64,000 bases of DNA from an uncultured Bacteroidota bacterium (lineage in GTDB: Bacteria; Bacteroidota; Bacteroidia; Bacteroidales; GCA-2748055), in contig CAWCAK010000008.1 in the NCBI GenBank assembly GCA_963793455.1, forward strand, positions 100,752-164,751, given 5' to 3'. Every line of letters starts with the position of its first letter. The stretch's first letter is position 1. This document shows positions 27,015 to 36,603 of this stretch, one piece after another. A model generated the notes under the pieces. The model did no database searches and was not told where the DNA came from. It was given only the letters and a program-made list of their open reading frames with translations. Position numbers and translations under genes: made by a program.

Positions 27015-28313
27015 TCAGGAGCCGGGCGAATATACTTTTCCGTTCCGCCAGGAGCGTACAGCCTCAGCCCAGAACATCTGTGATTCTGAGGTTTTCACCC
27101 ACTCCAGGTTCTGGTTTGCAAATCCGTCCGGGGTCCTTGCAAACCGGAACTCGATGGGATTGCTGCGGCGCCGTGCAAAATAATACCACGTCTCCCCGGT
27201 TCCCGTCATCCGGATCCTGCTGGGAGGCCCGAAGAGGATAAAGATCATGCCCTGGTCGGTCTTCCAACCCTCCTTGTTGGAGGTGAAATAGAGGTTTGAG
27301 TATACCACCCTGTTATAGTAAATACGGATCAGTTCCCGTGATTTTTCCACGCTGTTGCCTATTTTCAACCAGAAATTATCCACCGCCAGTTTCCTGTTTG
27401 ACTCCCTTCGCAGGTCCCTGTATTCGGCCAGCGTAGCAATGTAGAACAGGGGTTCCATCAGCTCTTTGGTGCTCTTTACCTGTGGAAAGGAACCCCCGAA
27501 ATTGAACAGGGAGAGCCCCTCTTCCCGCTCCGGATTCACCTTGATAAAATACATCCCTTCCTGTCGCAGGTCATAATGGACCGTATCGATCAGCGGGAAC
27601 ACAAAACTGGTATCGGGGGTGTAATTCATGGTATAGTCGGCCGAAGCGGTGATGGGAGGCCGGGGCAGTTCACTGGACAACCGGAAATATTCCACGTAAA
27701 TAGAGTCGGTCCCGGCATCCCTGTAGTCCACATTGAATTTTTCACCGGGAAGGAAAAAACGCATGAACTTGGGATAACCCGAGAACATGGAGACCACTTT
27801 AAAGTTCTGCGCACTGTAAGCATTGGTCTTGTCCACATAAAGGTACTCCAGACCGATGCTTCCACGGTTCAGGTCCTGTGCCTGGATCCTTAACATGTAA
27901 CGTTTCCCCGATTTCACCGGAAAATTGATGGAAGCAAAGAATGCAGGCCTTTTTTCATCCCGTACACCCAGTTTGTATGTTAACGATGCCGAATCCAGCA
28001 CCATTCCCTCCGATCCCGGTTCATCCAGCTGGATCAGTTTGTAACTGATCTGAAGCAATGCCCGGTATTCAGATTCCGCGTTAGCCTGGTTGAACCTCAG
28101 TTCGGCCGGGTATGCCCTGATGAAAAGAACGGAAAACTGATCATTCTCATGGTATACTGAGTAATCCGGGTGCAACGAGAGCTGGCTGGGATTGTAGAGT
28201 GATGCCAGGTAACTCGCCGGTTTTTCGGTGGTGGTTTTCTGGGTACTCTGGCAACCTGCCAGCAAGGCCAGCAACAACCAACCCCAAATGAACCTGTTCC
28301 ACGTAAGTCCCAT
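27015..28313 (-). CDS. GWxTD domain-containing lipoprotein
   Basis: Lipoprotein signal LLALLAGC and the signature EGWKTDQGMIFILFGPP. Confidence 0.75.
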   Translation of the reverse strand: MGLTWNRFIWGWLLLALLAGCQSTQKTTTEKPASYLASLYNPSQLSLHPDYSVYHENDQFSVLFIRAYPAELRFNQANAESEYRALLQISYKLIQLDEPGSEGMVLDSASLTYKLGVRDEKRPAFFASINFPVKSGKRYMLRIQAQDLNRGSIGLEYLYVDKTNAYSAQNFKVVSMFSGYPKFMRFFLPGEKFNVDYRDAGTDSIYVEYFRLSSELPRPPITASADYTMNYTPDTSFVFPLIDTVHYDLRQEGMYFIKVNPEREEGLSLFNFGGSFPQVKSTKELMEPLFYIATLAEYRDLRRESNRKLAVDNFWLKIGNSVEKSRELIRIYYNRVVYSNLYFTSNKEGWKTDQGMIFILFGPPSRIRMTGTGETWYYFARRRSNPIEFRFARTPDGFANQNLEWVKTSESQMFWAEAVRSWRNGKVYSPGS

Positions 28314-28327
28314 ACCCTTAAAAATAA

Positions 28328-30328
28328 CTATTTTCTCCTAGCTTCTGTTTTTTCAAGCTGGATGGTTTGTTTCTCCCAGTTAGCAAGGGCTTCATCATGC
28401 CTCTTCTTCATCTGTTCGTATTTCTCATACACATGCATCCCGGTGATGTTCTCAGGATTCATCAGCATCTCATCCATCCGGCCAAGCTCGTCCTCAATAT
28501 CCCCGATCTCACGCTCCAGGGCTTTGATCCGGTTCGAGATTTTCCTGATCTTTTTTTCCAGCTCCTTTCGCTCCTCGTACTGTTTCTTATTGCCCGAAGT
28601 AGCTGCCTCCTTTTCCACGCTCCGGAACCCGTCTGAAGATGCCTGTTTATCCCCACCCCCGGATCTGACAGGCTGTTTCACGACAGGGTGCTTTTCCTTT
28701 TTCTCGATCTCCCTGAGGGAGGAGAGCTTCCTGCGCTGCAGGAAATCGAAAATACCGCCCAGGTGCTCTTTCACCTTCCGGTACCTGAACTCATAGACCT
28801 TATCCACCAGCCCGTCCAGGAATTCCCTGTCATGGGAGACCACAATAAGCGTACCATCAAAGGCCAGCAGGGCGTTTTTCAGGATATCCTTGGAGTGCAT
28901 ATCCAGGTGGTTTGTGGGCTCATCGAGGATCAACAGGTTGAATGGCTGCAGGAGCATCCTGGCCATGGCCAGCCTGGAACGCTCGCCCCCCGACAATACC
29001 TTCACCTTCTTTCCCACATCCTCCCCGCTGAAGAGGAAAGCCCCCAGGATATCACGGATGCGGGTCCGGATCTCCCCCACAGCTACCCGGTCGACCGTTT
29101 CAAGCACGGTCAGGTTGCCATCCATGATCTCATCCTGGTTCTGGGCAAAATAACCCAGTTCAACGTTATGCCCTGCCTTTAGCTTCCCCGTGTGACTTAT
29201 CTCACCCACCAGGATCCGCGACAGGGTGGTCTTTCCCTCCCCGTTGCGGCCCACAAAGGCCACCTTTTCTCCCCGCTCGATCACCATATCCACGTCATCA
29301 AGCACACAGTGTTCCCCAAAGGATTTTCCCAACCCCATGGCCTCCACCACGATGGTCCCGGACCGCTTTGCAGGCGGGAATTTCAGGTTCATCACCTGGT
29401 CATCCTCCTTCTCCACTTCGATCCGGTCCAGCTTTCCCAGTTGCTTGATCCTGGACTGTACCTGCACGGCTTTGGTGGCCTTATACCTGAAACGGCTGAT
29501 GAACTGTTCCGAATCCTGGATCATCTTCTGCTGGTTCTCATAGGCGGCATGCTGCACCGTGATACGCTCCTGTTTCAGCTCAATGTAGCGGGAGTAAGGC
29601 ACCTTGTAGTCATAGAGTTTTCCCAGCGACAGCTCAATGGTCCGGTTGGTCACCCTGTCCAGGAAAACGCGGTCATGGGAAATGATCAGGATCCCCCCAT
29701 GGTAGCCGCCCAGGAAGCTTTCAAGCCACTGTATCGATTCAATGTCCAGGTGGTTGGTAGGCTCATCCAGCAGGATGTAATCGGGCCGGCGTAGAAGGAT
29801 CTTTGCCAGCTCCACACGCATACGCCATCCCCCGCTAAACTCGTGGACCGGGCGGTCCATGTCTTTCTGTTCAAATCCCAGGCCGGTCAGGGTCTGTTCC
29901 ACATCGGCCTGGAGGGTATTCCCACCCTCCAGTTCAAACTGCTCATTGGCATTGGCCAGCTCCTGGATCAGCGAAAGATAGCCTTCCGAGTGATGATCTG
30001 TACGCTCTTCCAGTTCCCTGTTGATGGAACTGATGCGCTTTTGCAGGTTCAGGATCTCGGAAAATGCATCCAGGGTCTCCCTGTAAAGGGTTTTTCCCTT
30101 TTTATGTTTCATCTGCTGGGGCAGGTAACCCACCGATTTTCCCGCAGTTTTGACCACCCTCCCATCATCAGCCTCCTGCTTTCCGGCTATCAGGTTCAGA
30201 ATGGTGGTCTTACCGGCCCCGTTCCTTCCCACCAGGCCGATCCGGTCACCAGGATTCACCTGGAAGCTGATCCGGTCAAAAAGTGTAAATCCACCGAACC
30301 TGATGGCCACATTATCCACTGAGATCAT
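28328..30328 (-). CDS. ABC-F family ATPase (two ABC domains, coiled-coil tail)
   Basis: Walker A GRNGAGKTT and GRNGEGKTT. Signatures LSGGWRMR and LSGGERSR. No TM domain. Confidence 0.9.
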   Translation of the reverse strand: MISVDNVAIRFGGFTLFDRISFQVNPGDRIGLVGRNGAGKTTILNLIAGKQEADDGRVVKTAGKSVGYLPQQMKHKKGKTLYRETLDAFSEILNLQKRISSINRELEERTDHHSEGYLSLIQELANANEQFELEGGNTLQADVEQTLTGLGFEQKDMDRPVHEFSGGWRMRVELAKILLRRPDYILLDEPTNHLDIESIQWLESFLGGYHGGILIISHDRVFLDRVTNRTIELSLGKLYDYKVPYSRYIELKQERITVQHAAYENQQKMIQDSEQFISRFRYKATKAVQVQSRIKQLGKLDRIEVEKEDDQVMNLKFPPAKRSGTIVVEAMGLGKSFGEHCVLDDVDMVIERGEKVAFVGRNGEGKTTLSRILVGEISHTGKLKAGHNVELGYFAQNQDEIMDGNLTVLETVDRVAVGEIRTRIRDILGAFLFSGEDVGKKVKVLSGGERSRLAMARMLLQPFNLLILDEPTNHLDMHSKDILKNALLAFDGTLIVVSHDREFLDGLVDKVYEFRYRKVKEHLGGIFDFLQRRKLSSLREIEKKEKHPVVKQPVRSGGGDKQASSDGFRSVEKEAATSGNKKQYEERKELEKKIRKISNRIKALEREIGDIEDELGRMDEMLMNPENITGMHVYEKYEQMKKRHDEALANWEKQTIQLEKTEARRK

Positions 30329-30431
30329 CCCGTCAATCCTCCTTCAACTTTACATTTACGCTGAACCATAATGCGCAAAAATAGAACAATTCGCCGAGTA
30401 GGTTGTATAAATAGCCAGAGCAACCTCAAAT

Positions 30432-30923
30432 ATGAATTTAAAAATGAAACCCATGACCATTGGAATTATTATTGGACTGATTGCAGGAATCCTTATTGGA
30501 TGGCTTGTGATGTTTCTGGCCGCCCCTTCACTCATGTTTAAAGAGAGCAGCGCCATTGCGGATTTTGAAACCACCGTGGCAAAGATCGAGGAACAGGCGG
30601 TAGAAAAGGGATGGAAGATCCCAGCCGTGCACGACCTGCAGGCCACCATGAAGAAATTCGGGAAGGATGTGCGGAGCGTGAAGGTATTCGAGATCTGCCA
30701 TCCCGACCACTCCTACAAGATCCTCAGTCAGAACGAGGAACGGATCGTCTCCAGCATGATGCCCTGCCGGATCGCGGTCTATGAAAAGGAGGACGGATCG
30801 GTCTGGATCTCCAGGATGAACTCGGGGGTGGTTGCCAAACCCATGACCAGGGTGGTGAGGAAGACCATGTCGGCCGCTGCCAGCGATGTGGAGGAGATCA
30901 TTGCAGATGTACTGCAAGAGTAA
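30432..30923 (+). CDS. DUF302 domain protein with N-terminal TM helix
   Basis: FEICHPDHSYKIL...MPCRIAVYE pattern. Confidence 0.6.
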   Translation: MNLKMKPMTIGIIIGLIAGILIGWLVMFLAAPSLMFKESSAIADFETTVAKIEEQAVEKGWKIPAVHDLQATMKKFGKDVRSVKVFEICHPDHSYKILSQNEERIVSSMMPCRIAVYEKEDGSVWISRMNSGVVAKPMTRVVRKTMSAAASDVEEIIADVLQE

Positions 30924-30950
30924 TACATTTGCACCCGGAAACCCAGTGTC

Positions 30951-32354
30951 GTGAGCAGAAGAAAACCAATACCCCTACTTGAAAAGGTAACCATCGAAAG
31001 TATCGGGGCGGAAGGAAAATCCGTTGCCCGGGTGGACAACATGGTGGTCTTCGTGAAGGAGGCTGTTCCCGGCGATGTGGCTGACCTGAGGGTTTTCCGG
31101 AAGAAGGGGCGCTACATGGAGGCCAGGGTGGAGCGTTATCACAGTTATTCTGACCAGCGGACCGAGCCCTTCTGCGACCATTTCGGCATCTGCGGGGGAT
31201 GTAAATGGCAACACCTGCCCTATGACCGGCAGCTGTTCTACAAACAGCAGCAGGTGGAAGATGCCTTCCGGCATATCGCGGGCGTGGAGATCCCTGAAAT
31301 ACTCCCCATCCTGGGTTCTGATCCCGTGACCAGGTACAGGAATAAAATGGAATACACCTTTTCCAACCACCGCTGGCTGCTTGATCATGAAAAAGAACAG
31401 GATATTCCCCCTGAGCACACCAATGCTGTGGGATTGCATGTACCAGGCAGGTTCGATAAGGTCATTGATATTGAAACCTGCCACCTGCAGGAAGAACCCT
31501 CCAACAGGGTCAGGAACTTCCTGAGAACGCTGGCCCTGGAGAAAAAACTCTCCTTTTACGACCACAGGACCAACGAGGGACTGCTCAGGAACCTGATTGT
31601 CCGGACCACCAGCCTCGGGGAGGTGATGGTGATCCTGTCGGTGCAGTTTGACGTTCCCGGGGTGTATGAACTGCTGGATGCTGTTAAAAAGGAGTTCCCG
31701 GACCTGACCAGCCTCATGTATACCATCAATCCGAAGAAGAATGAAACACTCTATGACCAGGAGATCATTACCTGGTCGGGCCGGGACCACATTTTTGAGA
31801 AGCTGGAGGATCTCACCTTCAAGATCGGGCCCAAATCGTTCTTCCAGACCAACTCATACCAGGCCCTTGAACTATACCGGACCACCCGCGGGTTTGCAAG
31901 CCTGGAAGGAAATGAAACGGTATACGACCTTTATACGGGAACAGGAACTATTGCCAATTTCGTTGCCCCCGGGGCAGGGACCGTGGTGGGCATTGAGTCG
32001 GTTCCCGAGTCCATTGAGGATGCCAGGATTAACTCGGAGATCAATTCAATAGGGAACACCCGCTTCTTCGCCGGGGACATGAAAGACCTTTTCGACGACA
32101 CCTTTATCCGGGAGAATGGAAAACCGGATGTGATCATCACCGATCCCCCGAGGGCAGGGATGCATGCAAAGGTAGTGGATCAGATCCTGCGGATCGCCCC
32201 TGAAAGAATTGTTTATGTCTCCTGCAACCCGGCCACCCAGGCACGCGATGTGGAGATGCTGGGCAGTGCCTACCGTGTTATGAAGGTCCAGCCGGTGGAC
32301 ATGTTTCCCCATACACACCACGTGGAGAACGTGGCGTTGTTGCAACTCAGCTGA
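30951..32354 (+). CDS. rlmD: 23S rRNA (uracil-5-)-methyltransferase RlmD/RumA
   Basis: TRAM N-terminus, Fe-S cysteines CDHFGICGGCKWQH, SAM motifs VYDLYTGTGTI, DPPRAGMH, VSCNPATQARD. Confidence 0.9.
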   Translation: MSRRKPIPLLEKVTIESIGAEGKSVARVDNMVVFVKEAVPGDVADLRVFRKKGRYMEARVERYHSYSDQRTEPFCDHFGICGGCKWQHLPYDRQLFYKQQQVEDAFRHIAGVEIPEILPILGSDPVTRYRNKMEYTFSNHRWLLDHEKEQDIPPEHTNAVGLHVPGRFDKVIDIETCHLQEEPSNRVRNFLRTLALEKKLSFYDHRTNEGLLRNLIVRTTSLGEVMVILSVQFDVPGVYELLDAVKKEFPDLTSLMYTINPKKNETLYDQEIITWSGRDHIFEKLEDLTFKIGPKSFFQTNSYQALELYRTTRGFASLEGNETVYDLYTGTGTIANFVAPGAGTVVGIESVPESIEDARINSEINSIGNTRFFAGDMKDLFDDTFIRENGKPDVIITDPPRAGMHAKVVDQILRIAPERIVYVSCNPATQARDVEMLGSAYRVMKVQPVDMFPHTHHVENVALLQLS

Positions 32355-32431
32355 TCTCCAGCAGTGCCTTCTTAAGATCTGTCAGCTCCATCTCCTTCAA
32401 ATCCTCTTTCGCTTCGGAAATGCGCTCCTTT

Positions 32432-32597
32432 GCGACCTGTTTCAGGAATGAATCTGCAGTATGGACTTTACAAACTTTATGACTGTTTGATCCCCGCAGG
32501 GAGCTTTTCACCCTTCCACTCCTTGCTGAAGTCCTTCCAATAGGTGCCTATGGTTCTCTTGATGTCCTTCCGGAGGACCAGGAGTCCGAACAGGTTT
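32432..32597 (-). repeat. Direct repeat copy A (displaced 3' end of the symporter gene plus 45 nt downstream)
   Basis: 166 nt, identical to 33081-33246 except one synonymous position (GGAGGACC versus GGAGTACC). Confidence 0.95.
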
Positions 32598-33080
32598 CCT
32601 GTTTTCGTCATCGGGACACCCTGGTTGGCCTGTTTTTCTTTGCTTACCGCTTAGGATTCCGCCTATCATCCCCTGTTCCAGGCATTTCAGGTCCTGTCCG
32701 GTCTCATCAGGGCTGCCACGCCTGACACATGCTATTGTGCACGCGATGTGGATCTATACGAGGGCTTGAAGGCGAGAGTGACCGGGAGAGCGGAAGGGCA
32801 ATCGGATGGGAGAAGATCCTGAAGATATATGTAATATCCGTTTATTATACCTTAAAGGTAACTTAGTACTTATTACTTATACCTGCAGGTACATGTAATA
32901 TCCAAAATGGCACTTTTAAAGTGCACTAACTGGATATTACTTGTACTTCATACCTGTGGCAATCTTCACAAAGAATCATTCGTTAAAACAGCGGGACACC
33001 GGATCATCCCAGGATCAGGTATCTACATTGAAGATTGTCAGTGGTTTAAGAAATCACAGTGACAAAAGTGATGAAAACAG
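32598..33080 (-). mobile_element. 483-bp ORF-less insertion related to 9908-11084
   Basis: Starts CCTGTTTTCGTCATCGGGACACCCTGG and ends ...GTGATGAAAACAG(G). Both ends resemble the ends of the first insertion. The central AT-rich part has ATGTAATATCC boxes and a nested palindrome. Confidence 0.6.
32889..32946. other. Nested palindrome / potential cruciform or protein-binding site
   Basis: GTACATGTAATATCC (32889-32903) pairs with GGATATTACTTGTAC (32932-46; 15 bp, 1 mismatch). It encloses the perfect palindrome GCACTTTTAAAGTGC (32910-32924). Confidence 0.6.
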
Positions 33081-33246
33081 GCGACCTGTTTCAGGAATGA
33101 ATCTGCAGTATGGACTTTACAAACTTTATGACTGTTTGATCCCCGCAGGGAGCTTTTCACCCTTCCACTCCTTGCTGAAGTCCTTCCAATAGGTGCCTAT
33201 GGTTCTCTTGATGTCCTTCCGGAGTACCAGGAGTCCGAACAGGTTT
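33081..33246 (-). repeat. Direct repeat copy B (3' end of the intact symporter gene)
   Basis: See 32432-32597. Confidence 0.95.
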
Positions 33247-34871
33247 GGAATGGTCATGATGGCGATGGTGATGTAGGAGAGGTTCCAGACTATGGTGGTA
33301 TCGGTAAAGGAGGCAATGAAGAATCCCACCACGTAGATCAGCCTGTAAACAACCACATATTTGGTACCGAACAGGTAGGTCACCGCCCGGCCGCCGTAAT
33401 AGGACCAGGAGATGGCCGTCGAAAAGGCAAACAGCAGCAACCCGATGGAGACAATGTACTGTCCCCAGTCACCCATGATACTGCGCTTAAAGGCTTCTGT
33501 GGTAAGGGCTGCGCTGTGGATCAGTGATTTACCGGTGAAATAGACCTCCCCCTCCCCCGAGTTAAGTTCGGAAAACTGCACCACTCCCCCGCTCACCGGT
33601 ATGGGACCGGTATACTTTTCACCACCCCGGGTCACCACAACGTGTTCTGCGAAAGATTCTGCATGGATGATGGTGATCCCTTCAGTGCTTACCCTGCCGT
33701 CGCTGACCTGCAGGGTACCGTTAAAAACCGCCAGGGATGTATCGTTGATGAAGGACCGGCTCATCAGGGCCCTGTCCTCATTATCTGATTCTGAATACGT
33801 TCCGTCCAATACCACCAGGTCAGCCTGTTCAAACCGGTTTTCGATCTTCTCGTTCCAAACCCCCGAAGAGAGAAGCACCAGTCCGGTGAGTGTACAGATG
33901 ATGATGGTATCGATGAACGGTTCCAGGATGGCTACCATTCCCTCCGATACCGGTTCCTGTGCTTTGGCAGCACTATGCGCAATAGGTGCAGAACCCTGCC
34001 CCGCTTCATTGGAGAAGAGGCCCCGGTTCACCCCTTTGTTAAAGGTAAATGCAAACCCGGCACCCAGGAATCCTCCCACCGCTGCACTTCCTGTAAAGGC
34101 ATCGGTAAAAATGGAACCCAGAGAAGGAAGGATGTTCTGGTAGTTGGTGGCAATCACAATGATGGCTCCCAGGAAATAGATCAGTGCCATCATCGGGACC
34201 AGGGTGGAAGTCACCTTGGCGATCCGCTTGATCCCCCCTATGATCACCAGTCCGAGCAGTATGGCCAGGATTCCCCCTGTAAGGGCATGGTTGATCCCGA
34301 AAGAGCTGAACATGGAGTCGGAGATGCTGTTGATCTGGGGAAGGCTGCCGGTCCCGAAAGAGGAGAGGATGGTGGCAAAGGCAAAGAAAGCACCCAGCAC
34401 TGCACCGGTCTTGATGATCTTCCCCGAACGGGTGGTGATATTCATCCGTTTCTTCATATAGTACATGGGGCCGCCGGAAATAGATCCATCGGGCAGGATA
34501 TCCCTGTACTTGTGTGAAATGGTAACCTCCACAAACTTGGTGCACATTCCGAACAAGGCTGTGACCAGCATCCAGAACAGGGCAGCCGGTCCACCCAGGT
34601 GAATGGCCAGAGCCACCCCGGCAATATTCCCTGTGCCTACCGTTCCGCTGAGGGCGGTGGTCAGCGCCTGGAAGTGCGAGGTATCTCCTACATCTCCAGC
34701 CCGGTCATATTTACCCTTGACAATGCGGATGGCATGCCCGAAATACCTGAACTGGGGCAATCCCAGGTAGAGGGTGAAAAAAATACCGGTTCCAAGCAGG
34801 AAAAAAACAAACCACTGGTGGCCACCCAGGTAATTATTCAGAAACAGCAGGAATTCATTGATCTTTTGCAT
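33126..34871 (-). CDS. Sodium:alanine (amino acid:cation) symporter, AGCS family
   Basis: Start [10 protein letters not shown] (ATG 34871). Motifs [27 protein letters not shown] and [18 protein letters not shown], with many TM helices. The 30 codons upstream in the track ORF run into the IS end and are probably not translated. Confidence 0.85.
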   Translation of the reverse strand: MQKINEFLLFLNNYLGGHQWFVFFLLGTGIFFTLYLGLPQFRYFGHAIRIVKGKYDRAGDVGDTSHFQALTTALSGTVGTGNIAGVALAIHLGGPAALFWMLVTALFGMCTKFVEVTISHKYRDILPDGSISGGPMYYMKKRMNITTRSGKIIKTGAVLGAFFAFATILSSFGTGSLPQINSISDSMFSSFGINHALTGGILAILLGLVIIGGIKRIAKVTSTLVPMMALIYFLGAIIVIATNYQNILPSLGSIFTDAFTGSAAVGGFLGAGFAFTFNKGVNRGLFSNEAGQGSAPIAHSAAKAQEPVSEGMVAILEPFIDTIIICTLTGLVLLSSGVWNEKIENRFEQADLVVLDGTYSESDNEDRALMSRSFINDTSLAVFNGTLQVSDGRVSTEGITIIHAESFAEHVVVTRGGEKYTGPIPVSGGVVQFSELNSGEGEVYFTGKSLIHSAALTTEAFKRSIMGDWGQYIVSIGLLLFAFSTAISWSYYGGRAVTYLFGTKYVVVYRLIYVVGFFIASFTDTTIVWNLSYITIAIMTIPNLFGLLVLRKDIKRTIGTYWKDFSKEWKGEKLPAGIKQS

Positions 34872-36055
34872 GCTCCCAAAAATAACAATATTTTCGGGCA
34901 GTACTTCCTCGCGGGTTCCTGCAGGTTCCTGCTGCCGACCGCTTATGCGGTTCGCTTGCACAGGCCATCCCCGTCTGCCCGACGGTTAAAATATTCTTTG
35001 CTGCATTTACATCTGCATTTTCCTCATGCCCACATACCTGGCATCTGAAAACAGCCTGTGATACTCTGTTTTCTTTTGCCGTGTACCCACAACATGAACA
35101 TCGCTGTGAGGTATGCCGGGAATCGACCTCAACCAGCATCCCTCCCTTCCAAAAGAGCTTGTATTCAAGCTGCCTCCTGAATTCAAACCACCCTGATCCA
35201 GTATGGACTTGTTCAATCCGGACTTTGCCTTGACATTCCTGCCCGGTTCTTCGATGTTCCCCTTGCCGATGCACTCATACTCCTTGATCTGCAATCCCTC
35301 CACATATACCTTTGCTTGGTTTTTGCTTATTTCGGTACTCAGCTTGTGAAGAAAGTCTGAACGTACATTGGCAATCGTATGATGAAGCCTTGATATTTTT
35401 CTCTTTTGTTTCTTCCAGTTGTTTGATCCTTTCTTCTTTCTTGATAGTTTCCTCTGCTCCCTGGCCAGCTGCTTCTTCATGTTTCCTGAAACTGTTCACT
35501 CCCTCAACCAGGGTGCCATCTGAAAAGGCAGCAAAACATTTTATCCCTGCATCAATTCCTATCTCCGAATCAGAAGCATGCTTCCCAATTTCAATCGTCT
35601 GCTCCACCTGGATGGAAGCAAACCACTGCCCGCCCCGGCTTGTGATGGTGATGTTCTTGATTGTTCCGCTTATATCACAGCTCTTGTGAAAACCTATCCA
35701 GCCAATCTTTGGCAAGAAAGATCCTGCGGTTATCAATCTTAAAGCCCTGGGGAAAACGAATGCCATCACTCATGCCTTTCTTCTTGAACACCGGCATTCG
35801 CTTCAATGGCTGGCTCTTATCAAAACAATCCTTGAAAGCCCTTTCCAGGTCCTTGAGCTTTTGCTGCAATACCTGTGAAGGGCACTCCTTCAAAAAACCA
35901 TACTCTTCGGATTGTTTCCAAAGGGTAAGCCAGAAGGCCAGTTCATTATACCAGAGGATCGCTTGCCTCTTCTCCAACCGATCCAGGTTCATCGCCAGGG
36001 ATTTGTTCCAGAGAAACCGTGCAGAACCACAATACCGGGCCAGCTTGTATCTCAA
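34855..36055 (-). pseudogene. tnpB: TnpB (OrfB, RNA-guided nuclease family), at least 3 frameshifts
   Basis: Four overlapping ORF pieces read in order. They contain MRYKLARYCGSARFLWNKSL, RuvC-I IGIDAGIKCFAAFSDG, KKQLAREQRKLSRKKKGSNNWKKQK, RuvC-II KVYVEGLQI, the zinc finger CSCCGY...CQVCGH, and RuvC-III NADVNAAKNIL. Confidence 0.85.
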
Positions 36056-36600
36056 TATTCATTATTGGTCTTTAACCTGACTTTATATGCTTTTCGTATC
36101 TTTAGCATATATACTTAAATATACTGAAATATCTGCGAGATTATGCAAGATTTACGAACAAAAAGACATGTCGTTTATTCACTCCACCTGCATTTGGTCT
36201 TTGTAACCAAATACAGAAAGAATGTCTTCACTGAAAAGATGTACGAAAGACTGCAATTTCATTTGAAAGGGTATGTAATGATTTTGGATGCAGGCTTATT
36301 GAAACCAACGGAGAGAAGGATCATGTCCATCTGCTTGTGGAACCATTACCCCATACTACACCCTCGAGGCTAGTCAACAGTCTGAAAGGAGTTTCATCCA
36401 GATTCCTGAGACAGGAGTTCCCCGAACTGGAAAAGTATTACTGGAAAGGAGGATTGTGGTCTCCGAGTTATTTTATGCTTCCTGTGGGGGAGCACCTCTT
36501 GGAGTATAGTCAAAAAGTATATCGAAAATCAGTAGATTTGTCCTTATATCCAGCCCCTGAAGAGAACTGGTTTTACGGACAAGTTGGATAAGGGGGAAAC
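34872..36600. mobile_element. Decayed IS200/IS605-family insertion sequence (divergent tnpA and tnpB)
   Basis: Contains tnpB (minus strand) and tnpA (plus strand) remnants that fill the whole intergenic space. Exact ends were not determined. Confidence 0.7.
36143..36536 (+). pseudogene. tnpA: IS200-type Y1 (HUH) transposase TnpA, frameshifted
   Basis: YSLHLHLVFVTKYR (HUH), then GEKDHVHLLVEPLPHTTPSRLVNSLKGVSSRFLRQEF in another frame, then LWSPSYF. The expected end SIVKKYIENQ* is readable only in a third frame (stop about 36534). Confidence 0.85.
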
Positions 36601-36603
36601 AGG

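Noticed and set aside
11062-32622. A 21.5-kb segment bounded by inverted 24-bp ends (GGGTGTCCCAATGACGAAAACAGG ... CCTGTTTTCGTCATCGGGACACCC) as one large composite transposon; also the resemblance of ACGAAAAC to Tn3-family inverted repeats
   Set aside because: The content is core housekeeping (rlmB, rlmD, ABC-F, metY-like). Each small insertion has its own matching flanking duplication, so the two ends belong to two separate elements in opposite orientation. The Tn3 similarity is only 8 nt at a different position.
34872-34961. N-terminal 30-codon extension of the symporter ORF ([20 protein letters not shown]...)
   Set aside because: It overlaps the tnpB 3' end and IS terminus. The conserved AGCS N-terminus begins at [10 protein letters not shown] (ATG 34871).
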